From positions 104,472,001 to 104,536,000 of the forward strand of contig NC_086108.1 of the NCBI RefSeq assembly GCF_963921235.1: DNA of 64,000 nt. Direction: 5' to 3'. Below are positions 1 through 12,562 of this stretch, in pieces. Below the pieces are notes generated by a model. It saw only the letters and a program-made list of their open reading frames with translations. It was not told the DNA's origin and made no database searches. The stretch's first letter is position 1. Each line of letters starts with the position of its first letter. This DNA is from Mobula hypostoma (taxonomy: Eukaryota). A program made the position numbers and the translations under genes.

Positions 1-1110
1 TATAGGAAAGATTCCAGCATGGATAAAGCAGTGGCTGACTGGCAGGAGGCAAAGAGAGGGAATAAAGGGAGCCTTTTCTGGTTGACTCCCAGTGACTAGC
101 GGTGTTCCACAGGGGTCTGTATTGGGACAGATTCATTTTACTTTATATGTCAATGATTTGGATGATGGAATTGATGGCTTTGTTGCAAAGTTTGCAGATG
201 ATATGAAGATATGGAAGCACATGTTGCTTTGAGGAAGTAGAGAGCCTACTGAAGGAGTTAGACAGATTAGGAGAATGGGCAAAGAAATAGCAGATGCAAC
301 ACTGTGTTGGGAAATGTGTGATCATGCACTTGGGTAGGAGAAATGAAAGAGAAAATACAAAATGGAGAGAAAATACAAAAAATTGAGGTACAAAGGGACT
401 TACCAGTGCTTGTGCAGGATTCCCTAAAGGTTAATTTGCAGGTTGAGTCTGGTGAGGAAGGCAAATGCAATGTTAGCATTCATTTCAAGAGGACTAGAAT
501 ATAAAAGCAAGGATGTAATGTTGAGACTTTTTAAAGCACTGGTGAGGCCTCATTTGGAGTATTGTGAGCAGGTTTGGGCCCCTTATCTTAGAAAAGGTGT
601 GCTGAAACTGGAGAGGGTTCAAAGGAAGTTTATGAAAATAATTCCGGGATTGAATGGCTTGTCACATGAAAAGCATTTGATGGCTCTGGGCCTATATTCA
701 CTAGAATCCAGAAGAAGGAGGGGTGATCTAATTGAAACCTATCAAATGGTGAAAGGCCTTGATTGAGTGAATGTGGGGAGGATGTTTCCTGTGGTGGGAG
801 AGTCTAAGACCAGAGGACACATCCTCAGAATATAGGGCATCCTTTTAGAATGGAGATAAGGAGGAATTTCTTCAGCCAGAGAGCGGTGAATCTGTGAAGT
901 ACTTTGCCACAGGCGTCTATAGAGGCTAAGTCTTTTTGTAGATTTAAGGCAGAGGTTGATGGATTCGTGATTAGTCTGGGAATGAGGGGATATGGGGAGG
1001 AGACAGGAGTTTGGGGCAGAGCGGAAAATTGGATCAGCCATGATGAAATGGCAGAGCAGGCTCGATGGGCTAAACGGCCTAACTCTGCTCCTATATCTTA
1101 TGCACTTATG
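1..1110 (+). mobile_element. CR1 LINE, decayed RT and 3' end
   Basis: GVPQGSVLG-like region, KFADD-like motif and LVRPHLEYC...LERVQR (ORF 443..766), followed by a typical ctcctatatcttatg tail. Confidence 0.9.
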
Positions 1111-2060
1111 GGTAGCAATCCTAAGATCACAACCCTGGAGGTCCTGCCCTTTAACCTGGCACCTAATACCCTGAGCTTCTTATGTAGAACCTCGTCACTC
1201 ATCCTACCCATGTCCTCGGTACCTACATGGACCATGGTCTCTGGCTGTTCACCCTCCCACTTAAGAATACTGAGGATTCGATCTGAGATGTCTTGGACCC
1301 TGGCACCCAACAGGCAACATACCATCTGGGAATCTCGTTCTCGCCCAGAAAACCTCCTGTCCACTCCTCTAACAAATGACAGTGTGCCTCTTCTCACCCT
1401 CTTCCCTTCTGAGTCACAGAGCTGGACTCAGTGCCAGAGACCTGACCACTGTGACTTTCCTCTGTTATGTCAAGCCCCGCGACAGAATCTAAAATGATAT
1501 ACCTGTTGTTGGGGGGATGGGCAAAGGGGTACTCTGTACTGGCTCCTTAACTCTTTTCCCCCTCTTGTCACCCAGTTTCCTGTGTCCTGCATCTTGGGTG
1601 TAACAACCCCTCTATATGTCCTACCTACCGCCCCCTCAACTTCCTGAATGATCTGGAGTTCAACTAGTTCCAGCTCCAACTTCTTCACGCGATTGTTAGA
1701 TATTGCTGTTGTCTTCAGGGACATTAGAGGTCTCCCTGCCTTCCCACATCCCACAGGAGGGGCATTCAACTATTCTGCCTGGCATCTCTACTGTCCTAGA
1801 AGGGAAAAAAAAGTTTACCCGTAGCTTTTTTCTGCTTTCTCTGACTGAAGCCTCGAAGAGCTAAAGCCTCTAGATCACAACTTTTAACTGTCCACTTGGA
1901 CCATTACCACTGGGCTTGCCCCGTTCCTTTAATTTTCTCTTGCTAATTATTTCCAAACGTCAGATTATCGGTGGTCAGAGCTCATCTACACAGCTGTGAT
2001 CAACTGCTTGCCTTTTTCTGCTAGGGCAGTGGATTTGAGTGAAATCCCCTCCTTGCAAAC
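1111..2060 (-). mobile_element. CR1 LINE ORF1 (SGNH esterase-like) and 5' region
   Basis: VCCLLGARVQD...VHVGTED (ORF 1098..1397) and a coiled-coil segment RVKKLELEL (ORF 1470..1769). Confidence 0.8.
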
Positions 2061-2099
2061 TTCTGATGTCCAGATTGTTTGCTGGTCAGAGCTCAGTCC

Positions 2100-2660
2100 T
2101 GACCCGGATCTGGGCCGTACCCACCAAATATCCGGACCTGCCTCTCGGTTTTTTTGCACTACCTTACTTTCCCTTTTCTATTTTCTATTTATGATTTATA
2201 ATTTAAATTTTTTAATATTTACTATCGATTTGTACTCCAGGGAACACAAAGCGCAGAATCAAATATCGCCGTGATGATTGTACGCTCTAGTATCGATTGT
2301 TTGGCAACAATAAAGTATAAAGTACCAGGGAGGAGGCTCATAGTACGCTACTGACTCAAAAATCAGTTACTTTCCCCAAGTGGTAAGGGTGATTAACACA
2401 CCCCCAATGTCCTCTAATTTCTCATTTCCTGTCGGAGTCACCTTATGTACACTCTTGTGCCTAGCGTCACTTTATGGACATACAATCAATCTATGTACAG
2501 TATCTAAGTTATCTTACGTATTTCTATTTATTGTAGCTTTTTATTATTGTGTTTACCTTATTGTGATTTTATTTTGCTGCATCTGATTTGGAGTAACAAT
2601 TATTTTGCCCTCTACACTTGTGTACAGGAAATGACATTAAACAATCTTGAATCTTAATGA
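2100..2660 (+). repeat. Two unclassified non-LTR element 3' tails
   Basis: T-rich UTR-like stretches ending aataaagtataaagta (~2323) and attaaacaatcttgaatctt (~2655). A relative of the second tail occurs at ~59230-59505. Confidence 0.45.
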
Positions 2661-3079
2661 GATTAAAGACCTAGATAAGGAATAACCATTGGGAAATGAG
2701 AGCTTGATGAGCAAACTGTCCTAGTTTGTTCACACACTCCTACTAAACTCTATGCTCTTATTCTCAGATAATGGAAGTCGGAGAACAACTCAGAATCCCA
2801 ATTTCCTGCATAGTCCCTGTCAATAACTATTGGTTCTCTCATGAGCTGGATTGTGCGACTGATGTTCTAATACTCTACGCAATCGTGCTGATGTTGCAGT
2901 CTGTCGATACCTATTTTGAGAACATGGCTAGTTTATCTTTAGCATGATGCAATTTTGGGTGATGGTCAAGTTCAATGTAAATTTTATTATCCAAGTACAT
3001 ATATGTCTGAGGTGAATTTTCTTGTGGGCATACTCAATGAATCTATAGAACAGTAACTACAACAGAATCAACGAAAGAC

Positions 3080-4082
3080 CTCGGAATTACATCTATCACA
3101 AACAGGATTTATATGGCAATAAAAACGAGCTGACTTACCCTTGGACACGAGCCCTGTGAACCACCTTAAATTTTGTCGAGGCGTGTCTAGCACACATTGA
3201 GGATGTATTGACTAATTGAAGAATTTTTTCCCATTTCTCTGTAGATAAAGATATTTGAAGTTCTCTTTCCCACTCATACTTAATTTTGTCAGATGTACCT
3301 AGACGTATTTTCGTAATCAGATCATAAATAATTGCTATTAAACTCTTCTGATAGGGGTTTAAACCTAGAATTTTTTCTGTAACTTCAATTTGATGCAATA
3401 TCGGAGAGGTAATTAAAGTAGTGTTCGAAAAGATATTTTTGATATTATTTCAGTAGTTCTGCGTATTGATTTACAACCTCATCCTATTATTGCAATCTTT
3501 GGACTACCAGTGATAGACTCTAGTCGTTTATCCTTGTCAGCTTGTCGTCTAATTGCATTTGTTACATTAATAGCCAGAAGATCCATTTTATTTAAATGGA
3601 AAGATTCTAATCCCCCCACTACATTCCAGTGGTTTTGCCAAACAATAGCATGCCTAAACTTGGAAAAAATTGGGAGTGATACTATGGATCCTTCGGTTAA
3701 ATGTGAAGAAACTTGGAGGCCATTTATTCACTATTTTCATATGATGTAAGTTGACTCTTTCTGAATCCTTATGTAGTAATTTTTTTTGTTCATGTATAGA
3801 GGAGTGGAGTTAATGACAAATAATAATTTTAGCTGATATAATATGACAGCCCAGCTTCGTTTGCTTTTTCTTTAGTTTAGTTTTTTTAGTTTTCTTTCTC
3901 TCTCTTTATAAAATATCATTTTCATGGTCAGTTACCATGAGATGGGGAGGCTAAACGATATTTGTTACTTGGAATCTGTGCTTGTACGTGTTAACTGTTA
4001 TTATTGTAATCCCAATCTCTATGTATCATTACTATTATTGTTATGTTTAATTTTGAAGCATAATAAAAAGATTGAAAAAGAA
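3080..4082 (+). mobile_element. 5'-truncated, 5'-inverted L1/Tx1-like element with a 16-bp TSD
   Basis: Inverted ORF2 piece at ~3080-3430 (ORF 3135..3398 minus), then forward ORF2 end (3510..3749), 3' UTR and aataaa. TSD agaatcaacgaaagac at 3064-3079 and 4083-4098. Confidence 0.88.
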
Positions 4083-4767
4083 AGAATCAACGAAAGACTG
4101 CCTAAATAGGGCTTTCAACCAGCGTGCAGAGAACAAGCTGTGAAAATGCAAAAAGAAGAAACGATAATATCAATAAATAAGCAATAAATATTGAGAGAGA
4201 TGAAGATCTTTGAGTTGATTTAAAAGTCCTTTGCTTGGAGAGAAATTACATGCTGCAGATTGCAGTGAGAGTAATTCAAAAGAGGTTTATCTAAAAGAAT
4301 TTTCGGAACAATTTTCTGCTGCCCACAGATCATCACTGAATAGTTTCAGCTTGAGTCTATATTGGCTTAAATGCTCCTAACAGTCCCCTGCAATTCTGTG
4401 ATGCTAATATCCTGTGCAAATTTAAAGAACTGCTTAAGGACTCACAGTTGTTCATAAGACTAGACACTGGCATCCAACCGAGGATGAATTAGACTAACTG
4501 CAAATGTAACAGAGCTTTCTTTTATCTGCTGCTGTTAGTATACACTTCGTCTATTCGAAATTTTTGCAGGTTTATCTGCTGTGACTATTAAATCTCTGAA
4601 CACTAAACTTAAAGCAATGTAGAAAAAAGCTTGGAACATTTTCTGTTGTGTCTTTTATGACTTCAGGGAATTGGGGCTTCTGCTCATCTGGCATATTGTG
4701 ACAATGTGGACTTACAAATGAGGAATTCAGCAAGTCAGGTAGAATTTCAGATAGAAAGTCAGAAGTC

Positions 4768-5350
4768 AGGGTGCTACAGTAGTGTGGCGGTTAATATGAT
4801 GCTATTACAGCTCGGCCTCCAAAAGGGCCACGGCCTTGTGGTTTGGAGTTTTGTGTGCCTCAGTGACCCAGGCAGCTATGTTGGCTCGAGTTAGGTCTTT
4901 ATGCTTTGTCTCTTGGTAGGATCACCCATCAAACGGGTCAAAGGGTAGAGGCCAGAATAAGAATGGTCCACGATTACTCCAGGTTTAAGGCTTCAGTTCA
5001 GGGCCAGCAATCCTGACTGGTAAAACAACACTGTTATGGAAACAGCAATGAAAACTCCTCCTAACATCTGAGTGGCCAGGGACAGTCAGAGATGGAGGTC
5101 CTTCATAGCTGCCTTAACTGCCAGCTGCATAACAAGCAGTAGATAGACTATAGCTAGGGACGGAGCTTGGAGTTCAATCCCGGCGTCCTTCCCGTGAAAT
5201 GCCTAGGTTTCCACCCACTGTCCTGCAAGTTAGTAGATTAATTGGTCATTATGAATTGTCCTGTGATTAGACTCGGCTTTAATCAGTGGTTGGCTGGTTG
5301 GTACGGCTTTATGGGCCGTAAGGGCCTTTTCTAGGTTGTATCTCAATAAA
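4768..5350 (+). mobile_element. V-SINE-like element split by an RTE-derived non-autonomous insert (~4816-5145)
   Basis: SINE head at 4768-4815 resumes at ~5150 (ggagttcaatccc B-box-like). The insert has an RTE/Expander-type 5' UTR (agctatgttg...ggtagggatcaccc) and an RTE C-terminal remnant (DSQRWRSFIAAL). Confidence 0.55.
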
Positions 5351-5499
5351 CCAATAAATTTATGAAGCGAAATGAATAACGTTTTGCTTCGCTCAAACCC
5401 AAGATTCAGGTGGATGGTCTTGACGCATCTACCTCCACAGATTTCTTCCCTCAGCCTGGGTGAGGGTGGAACTTGAAGTCATTTGTTTAGGATGGATTG

Positions 5500-5812
5500 A
5501 CATCCTACTGTTTAGCTTAGCACTTTACAGCACCAGTTTTAAGATTGTTCAATTCCTGCAGCTTGTAAGCAGTTTGTAAGCAGCTTGTAAGCAGTTTGTA
5601 CGTTTTCCATGTGACCTTATGGGTTTCCTCCCACATTCCAAAGATGCACAGGTTAGGGTTAATGAGTTGTGGGAATGTTGGCACCAGAAGTGTGGTGACG
5701 CAGCGGACTCCCCCTACTCCCCCCTCTCCCCGCACCCCGGCACTCGTGGCCTGTGCTGGTTGTTGACGTGAACAACGCATGTCACTGTATGTTTCAATGT
5801 ACATGTGACATA
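5500..5812 (+). mobile_element. V-domain SINE (HE1-like)
   Basis: gtgacc..gggtttcctcccacattccaaaga V-domain core, with an internal triplication of gcag(c/t)ttgtaa. Confidence 0.65.
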
Positions 5813-6399
5813 GAAGGGAAAAAGGTGGAATATTTTAGGGGAATCTGAGGGGAAACTTCTTCACTACACCCTTAATATAGTTAAGGGTCAAATAAGGTGT
5901 GAGAGAATTGATGGACACTTGACCGAAAATAAATAGCGGCGGTAGCGCGGGGACTGGAGTAAAGGAAAATAGAAATAATGGGATTGTTCTGTGAGGAGCT
6001 AGTTTAAAGTTCAAAGCTCTAAGTAAATTTGTTATCGAAGTGCAATCCTGACATTCATTTTCCTTCAGTCAGTGTGGACCCAATGGGCTGAATGGCCTCC
6101 TTTTAAGCTCCAAGTAACAAGTCAGTCTGGGAGGCTCAGGTTCACCTCAGCACAGTGCTAAGGTACCATAAACCCGGTCACTGGGAAAAATGTGTCCATC
6201 TAGTTGAGAAGGAAGTTTCACCACTTTTCCTGCTTTTTCCCTGTACCCATTGTAGTTTAAATGTCAGTCAATCTCATAAGTATTCAGTGATTTTCCCCCT
6301 TTACAAATGTCTGGGGTGAAGAGTTCCAGGAATTCATGACCTTTGAGTAAAGAAATTACTCCTGTAGAATGTGCAGACTATTGTTTGGAAAGTATGTCC

Positions 6400-7285
6400 C
6401 CTCCATCAATATGGTGTGCAGTTTTGTTCTCCTTATCTAAGGTTGGCATTGGAGAGGGTCCAGAGGACGTTCACAAGAATGATCCTGGAAGTGAAAGGAC
6501 TAATGTCAGAGGAGAATTTGGTGGCTCTGACCCTGTACTCACTGGAGTTCCAGGGTTTAGAAGAATGAGGGGGGGGGGATTTCATTGAAACCTATCAAGG
6601 ATCATCATGATCTCTCTGCCACCCATCAGAGATATTAATCAGGAGCACTGCATTCACAGTATTATCAATGATCCCTCCCATCCATCAAACAATCTCTTAG
6701 GTGTCCTCTAGCATTTTTCTGCTCCTCAGGTACCTCATTTGTTCCTACCTTTAAGCTTTGTACTCTCTAAATTTCACTTTTGAGGGTCTCCCACTTACTA
6801 AGTACACCTTTGCTAGAAAACAGCCTGTCCCAATCCACACTTGCCAGATCCTTCCTGATACCATCAAATTGGTCTTTCTCCAAGTTAGAATCCCAACCTA
6901 AGGTCCAGACCTATCCTTTTCCATAATTACCCTGAAACTAATGGCATTATGACTAGATGCAAAGTGCTCCCCTACACAAATTTTTGTCACCTGCCTGGTC
7001 TCATTGCCTAAAAGGAGATCAGGTATTGCATCCTCTCTAATTAGGACTTCTATTACTGATTAAGAAAGTTTCCTGAAACACATTAGACAAATTCTATTCC
7101 ATCTAGTTCTTTCACTTTATCAGAGTCCTAGTCAATACGTGGAAAATTAAAATCACCTATTATCACAACATCGATTGCTTCTTGCAACAATCGATCCCTC
7201 TACAAATTTGTTCTTTTAAATCCTGTGGACTGTTGTGTTGTCTATAATATAGCCTCATCAATGTGGTCATAACTTTCTTATGTTG
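6400..7285. mobile_element. CR1 fragments (plus ~6400-6600; minus endonuclease region ~6730-7285)
   Basis: YGVQFCSPYLRLALERVQR on plus. On minus, gdfnfp-like (ggaaaattaaaatcacc) and YYR endonuclease remnants. Confidence 0.65.
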
Positions 7286-8249
7286 ACCGTTCATCAATGA
7301 AACTAGGTTAGAAAATTCATTACGCAAATCGTAATTAATTGAGGCTCGCTCTTTTTTGTCTCTGCACAAACAAAACAATGTAACTATGTTGATCCCAGGC
7401 CAACAACTTTGAACATGAGCTCTACTGTCCTCTCCATACTCACTCATAGAACGGGTCCAATTTATAACATCAAAATAGGTGATCTCCACTGGCCAGGCGA
7501 TCAATCCTTTCTTCGCCTAGCCTGTGGCATGGTGGCTCCTCCTCGTGATGGTGGGTCTCTTCCGAGAGTTATCGCTGATAGCACACTCAAAGTGTCCACT
7601 TTTGTACTCATTTCTTACCAATTCAAATTTTGCATTTCAGTATCATTGGCTGTAGGTAATCTGATTGACCTTTAACACCTTTTTATTGGCTCTGCTCCTG
7701 GCCAGCATCCAGTTGCCCTCTTCCCAGCAAGTGACAATCAGTAATTTATGACTCCTTGTTCTCTTCAGTAACCAGCTCGAATCACTCCAGGCAGATACCA
7801 ATCCCAACATTTACAAACCTGCATTTTGTGTTATATCAAAGAACATCTCACAAATAACTTATTTGGAAACAATTTCTAGTTCATCAGGTTACCTGAAACA
7901 TCATTGTGTCTACTTTAAAACACAGCAACTCCATCTCACAAAATGGAGGATGTAAAACAGTTCCACAAGTGGTAGCCTCCATCTCCAAGCACATGGCAAG
8001 AACAAAGAGAATTGATTTGTCTGCTTCTACTGTCCTTGAACCATTCAAGTTCAACGTTTTCTTCCATATTTTAAATCCACCATGGCCAACAACTTATTCC
8101 TCAGTTCCACCCGTGAAACTCATCATTAGATGAGTTCTCCAGACTGTTTTGACTCAGACTGAGTACTACTGGGACATTTTCCTGAATAGCAACCAGCACC
8201 CCGCCTCCCGTTTAATCCCTCCCACTCTTGTCACATCTGAAAGAGTAGA

Positions 8250-8943
8250 ATGCAGGAATGTTAGCTGCCAGTCCTGCCACCCCCCCCCCACCACAAGCCA
8301 CAACCAAGTCACACTAATATCTACAATATCATAATTTCATATGTTGATCCATGCCTTTCCTACAATACTTTTTGCATTGGAATTTATGCAGCTTAGACCG
8401 TTAGCCTCATCATGCTCAGCCTTTTTATTACTGACTTTGAGGTCTTAACAACATGTCTCCACAGCCTTTCCACTAACTGTTCAGGCACTGTGGTTCCCAT
8501 TCCCCTGCAACTCTAGTTTAAACACTCCTGTGCAGGATTGGCAACCGTTTCTGCTAGGATGTTAGTTCCCCTCCAACTTAGGTGCAAACCATCCCTTCCA
8601 TACAGGTCCCAATTTCCCTGGAAGAGAGCCCAATGATCCGAAAATCTGAAACCCTCCCACTTACACCAACTCCTTAGCCACATGTTAAACTTACAGTGTT
8701 CCCATTTCTGGCCTTATTAGCACATACCAATCTTCAGATCACAACCCTGGAAATCCTTTCCTTTAACTTGCCTCTTAACTCCCTGAATAATCTTTGCAGA
8801 ACCTCATCTCTCTTCCTACCTAAGTCATTATGGCTGCTTACCTTCCCACTTAAGAATGCTGAGATGTTCCGGACACCTGCACCTGGAAGGCAACATACCA
8901 TTCAGGAATCTCTTCCTCATTAACAGAAAATCCTTTCTGTTCC

Positions 8944-9001
<58 letters not shown>

Positions 9002-9342
9002 CTCCTATCACCACAGCTTGTCTCTTCTCCCCCCTTGCCTCTGAGCCACAGATCCAGACTCAATGCCAGGGTCCTGACAGCTGTGACATTCTTCTGTTAA
9101 GTCATGCCCCTTACCAACAGCATACAAAGTTGTATGGCTGTTGTTGAGGGGAACTGACTGCTTAACCTTTTTCATTCTTCTGACTGTCACCCAGTTTCCT
9201 GTGTCCTGTACCTTGGGTGAAACTACCTCTCTAAACAGTACGTCCTATCTATCAACTCCTCAGCCTCCTGAGTGATCCGGAGGCCAGTTCCAGCTCCAAC
9301 TCCTTAACGTGGAGTATTAGAAGCTGCAGCTGGATGCGCTTT
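8250..9342 (-). mobile_element. CR1 LINE ORF1 region, interrupted at 9342 by an LTR element
   Basis: Sequence similar to 1111-1700 and 14880-15560 (cacctggaaggcaacatacca). A CR1 5' piece (gcctcgaagagctaaagcctc) reappears at ~13700. Confidence 0.75.
8944..9001 (+). repeat. (CTAA)n microsatellite
   Basis: About 14 perfect ctaa units. Confidence 0.97.
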
Positions 9343-9736
9343 TGTTGCAAAGAACGGATGAACCCAAACGCAGGACACTGGCACGGAGGAGTTGGGATGC
9401 CGACGAGGGCGTGAGCGTTGCTGGAGCTGAACAACAAACAGGAGGATGAACGGAAAGGCAGGCGGCAGACAATGCTTCTATTGACACGGAGAGACAGAGT
9501 TACACAGGCAAACCTCAGTACTGAAACAAAACGTAGAATACACAATCCTGAGCGGCCGGGAACATGAATTACCACACTGGCTGAAACAATGATCTGGCAA
9601 TGAGTGGATGCAAAGCCGGGGTACTTATGCTGCAGGTTTAGATGAGAATCAGGTGTACCACAATCAAGGGGCCCGGGAGAAGACTGGGAAAAGGGAATTA
9701 GGAGAATATGCGGAATCAATGGTCGGGACTGCGACA
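9343..9736 (-). repeat. 3' LTR of the Gypsy element (TG...CA, 394 bp)
   Basis: Minus strand begins tgtcgcagtccc just after the purine tract aaggggagtg and ends ...ctttgcaaca. Confidence 0.8.
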
Positions 9737-12562
9737 GTACACTCCCCTTAATGAGAGCGTCCAGGCGAACCACCAGGCTTGCCTGGATTGTCACGATGGA
9801 AGTCTCGGATGAGGGAGGGGTCTAAGATGAAGAAGCAGGGGATCCAGGTGCGCTCCTCAGGACCGTATCCCTCCCAATCGACGAGGTACTGGGGACCTCT
9901 ACCTCAGCGACGCACATCCAGTATTCACCGGACGGTGTTAAGTTGGGTGATCGTCGATGACCCGGGCGGGTGGAGGAGGTTCAGCAGGAGGGCACAAAGG
10001 GCTGACAGACACGGGTTTCAGTTGGGAGACGTGGAACGTGGGATGAATGCGCATGGATCTGGGTAGCTTGAGTTTGACCGCCGAGGGGTTGATGATGCTC
10101 TCGATCTCGAATGGTCCAATGTAACGAGGGGTGAGTTTCTTGGATTCCGTTTTGAGGGGGATGTCTCTTGAAGAGAGCCAAACCTTCTGACCAGGCTGAT
10201 AGTTGGGTGCTGGAACCCGGTGGCGATCAGCGATACTCCGGTTGCGGTCAGCGGAGCGGGACCGAGCTAGCATCCTCCCAGACCTTGCAGCACCAGCGGA
10301 GATGGGCCTGAACTGAAGTCACAGCAATGTCGTCTTCGTGGGCAGGAAACAGAGGGGGTTGATAGCCTAGGGAACATTCAAAAGGGGACATATTGGTGGT
10401 GGCGCTGGTCAGGGAGTTGTGGGGATACTCAATCCAAGTGAGATGGGTGCTCCAGGATGATGGGTTACTGGTGGAAATGCAGCGCAGTGCTGCTTCCAGG
10501 TCCTTGATTGGCTTGCTCCGTCTGACCGTTAGTCTGTGGATGGAAAGCAGAAGACAGGTTCACTGAAGCTCTGAGGGCTTGACAGAAGGATTTCCAGATT
10601 TGGGAGATGAATTGGGGGCCCTGGTGAGAAATGATGTCAGATGGAATTCCATGAAGGCGGAAGACGTGTTGGACAAGGAGGTCGGCTGTTTCACGGGCTG
10701 TAGGGAGTTTGGGAAGGGCTATGAAGTGCACGGCTTTGTAAAAACGGGCCACCACGGTGAGTATGGCTGTGTTACCATGTGAAGGGGGTAGTCCAGTGAC
10801 GAAATCAAGAGCTATGTGGAACCAAGGGTGCCAAGGGACAGGTAGGGGACGAAGCAGCCCAGCAGGTGGCCGATGGGAGGCTTTTCTGCGGGCACACACA
10901 GTACAGGCAGAGACGAAGGAGTGAGTGTAGTGAGTGTAGACGGAGGTGTCTACTTCCACTATGAATTGGCGAGATGGGTCTGGTTGGACCAGGATGGGAG
11001 CGGAGGTGAAACGCCTCTTCAGCTCCGAGAAGGCTGAGTCCGCTTCGGGGGTCCAGTGAAAAGAGGTCGCAGGAGAGGTGAGCTGGGTAAGGGACGCTGC
11101 CACCCAGCTGTAGTCCCTAATGAAGTGACGGTAGAAGTTTGTGAACCCCAGAAATCGCTGGAGTTGTTTAAGCGTCGTGGGTTTGGGCCAGTCTGCCACC
11201 TCTCGGATCTTTTCAGGATCTGCCTCCACCTGCCCGCTCTCGATGATGTACCCCAGAAAACTGACAGAACAGGCATGGAATTCACACTTCTCGGCCTTAA
11301 CAAATAGTTTGTTCTCCAAAACCCTCTGAAGAACCTGGCAGACATGGTGGGTGTGCTCCTGGAGGTTATGGGAGAAGATTAGGATATCGTCCAGATAAAC
11401 TAAAACAAATCAGTTAATAAAGTTCCTAAGGATGTCGTTGACCAGAGCCTGGAACACCACGGGAGTGTTGGTCAGGCCAAAAGCCATCACCAGGTGTTCA
11501 AAATGACCCGGGGGGGGGGCGCGTTTAAAGGCTGACTTCCATTCATCCTCCCTCCCGTATCCTGACCAGGTGATAGGCGTTCCGCAAGTCCAATTTAGAG
11601 AAAACTGTGGCTCTGTGAAGGGGCTCGAAAGCAGAGTTGATCAGGGGCAGGGGATACCTATTCTTTATGGCGATGTTGTTCAGGCCCCGGTAGTCAATGC
11701 AGGGGTGCAGTGAGCCGTCTTTCTTCCCCACAAAGCAGAAACCAACGCCTATAGGGGAAGATGAGGGTTGGATGATGCCAGCCGCGAGGGAGTAATTTAC
11801 GTAAGTCTCCATAGCATCCCTTTCTGGTCAGGACAGGTTGTACAGCCGACTGGTGGGTAGCGAGGCTCCGGGGAGAAGGTCAATTGTGCAATCGTAAGGG
11901 CGGTGTGGGGGCAGAGAAAGGGGCCCGTTGCTGACTAAACACCTCTCCAAGATCATGACATTTTACAGGAACCGTGGACAAGTCAGGGGGCTCAGAGATG
12001 GACGAGGTAGCAGAGACCACAACTGAAGGAAGGGCTGATTGCAGGCAAGAGGAATGGCAGAACGAGCTCCAGCTGACTACCTTCCCGGTGGGCCAGTCGA
12101 TGTGGGGGTTATGATGGCTTAGCAAAGGGTGGCCAAGAACTAAAGGGACTTGAGGAGAGGAGATTAGATTGAATCGTATCTGTTCCCGATGGTTTCTGGA
12201 GAGAAGAAGAAACTGGGTTCAGTTCAGTGCATGACTCTGGTCAGGAGTCTACCGTCTAGCGCCTGGGCGTCTGGGGGGTACTCAGAGGCTCACGAGGAAT
12301 ATCGGCTTGGAAGGCTAGGTTTTTGTCCGTGAAGTTTTCCTCAGCGCCGGAGTCTACTAGCACCAGCAGAGGCAAGGACCGTTGGTTGTGACAGAGTGGC
12401 TTGAAGCTGCATCCGGGTTCGGAGGATGAAAGGGAATGTTGCCTGGCTCACCAGGGTCCCCCCTGCTACTGGTGAGCACTCCATTTTGGCCAAAGGGGGC
12501 AGGTGGCAAGGAAGTGGCCGGACTGACCGCAATATAGACACTCACCCGCTCTCATTCTCCGG
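9343..12562 (-). mobile_element. Chromodomain-bearing Gypsy LTR retrotransposon (sushi-like), defective
   Basis: Gag CCHC knuckle (CLYCGQSGHFLATC ~12490-12545), protease DSGA, RT ([13 protein letters not shown] at ~11390), RNaseH start, integrase core (ORF 10465..11319), GPF motif, chromodomain ([12 protein letters not shown] ~9850-9890), PPT and 3' LTR. No 5' LTR. Confidence 0.9.

Noticed and set aside
904..1497. 197-aa plus-strand ORF and similar long antisense or chimeric ORFs (9252..9794, 13224..13685, 36830..37360)
   Set aside because: They cross junctions between unrelated repeats or are shadow frames of TE genes.
7163..8133. ORFs 7163..7504, 7409..7675 and 7906..8133 as host exons, including a possible next vtg exon 1-3
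   Set aside because: No recognisable motif, no signal-peptide exon and no consistent splice-phase chain found.
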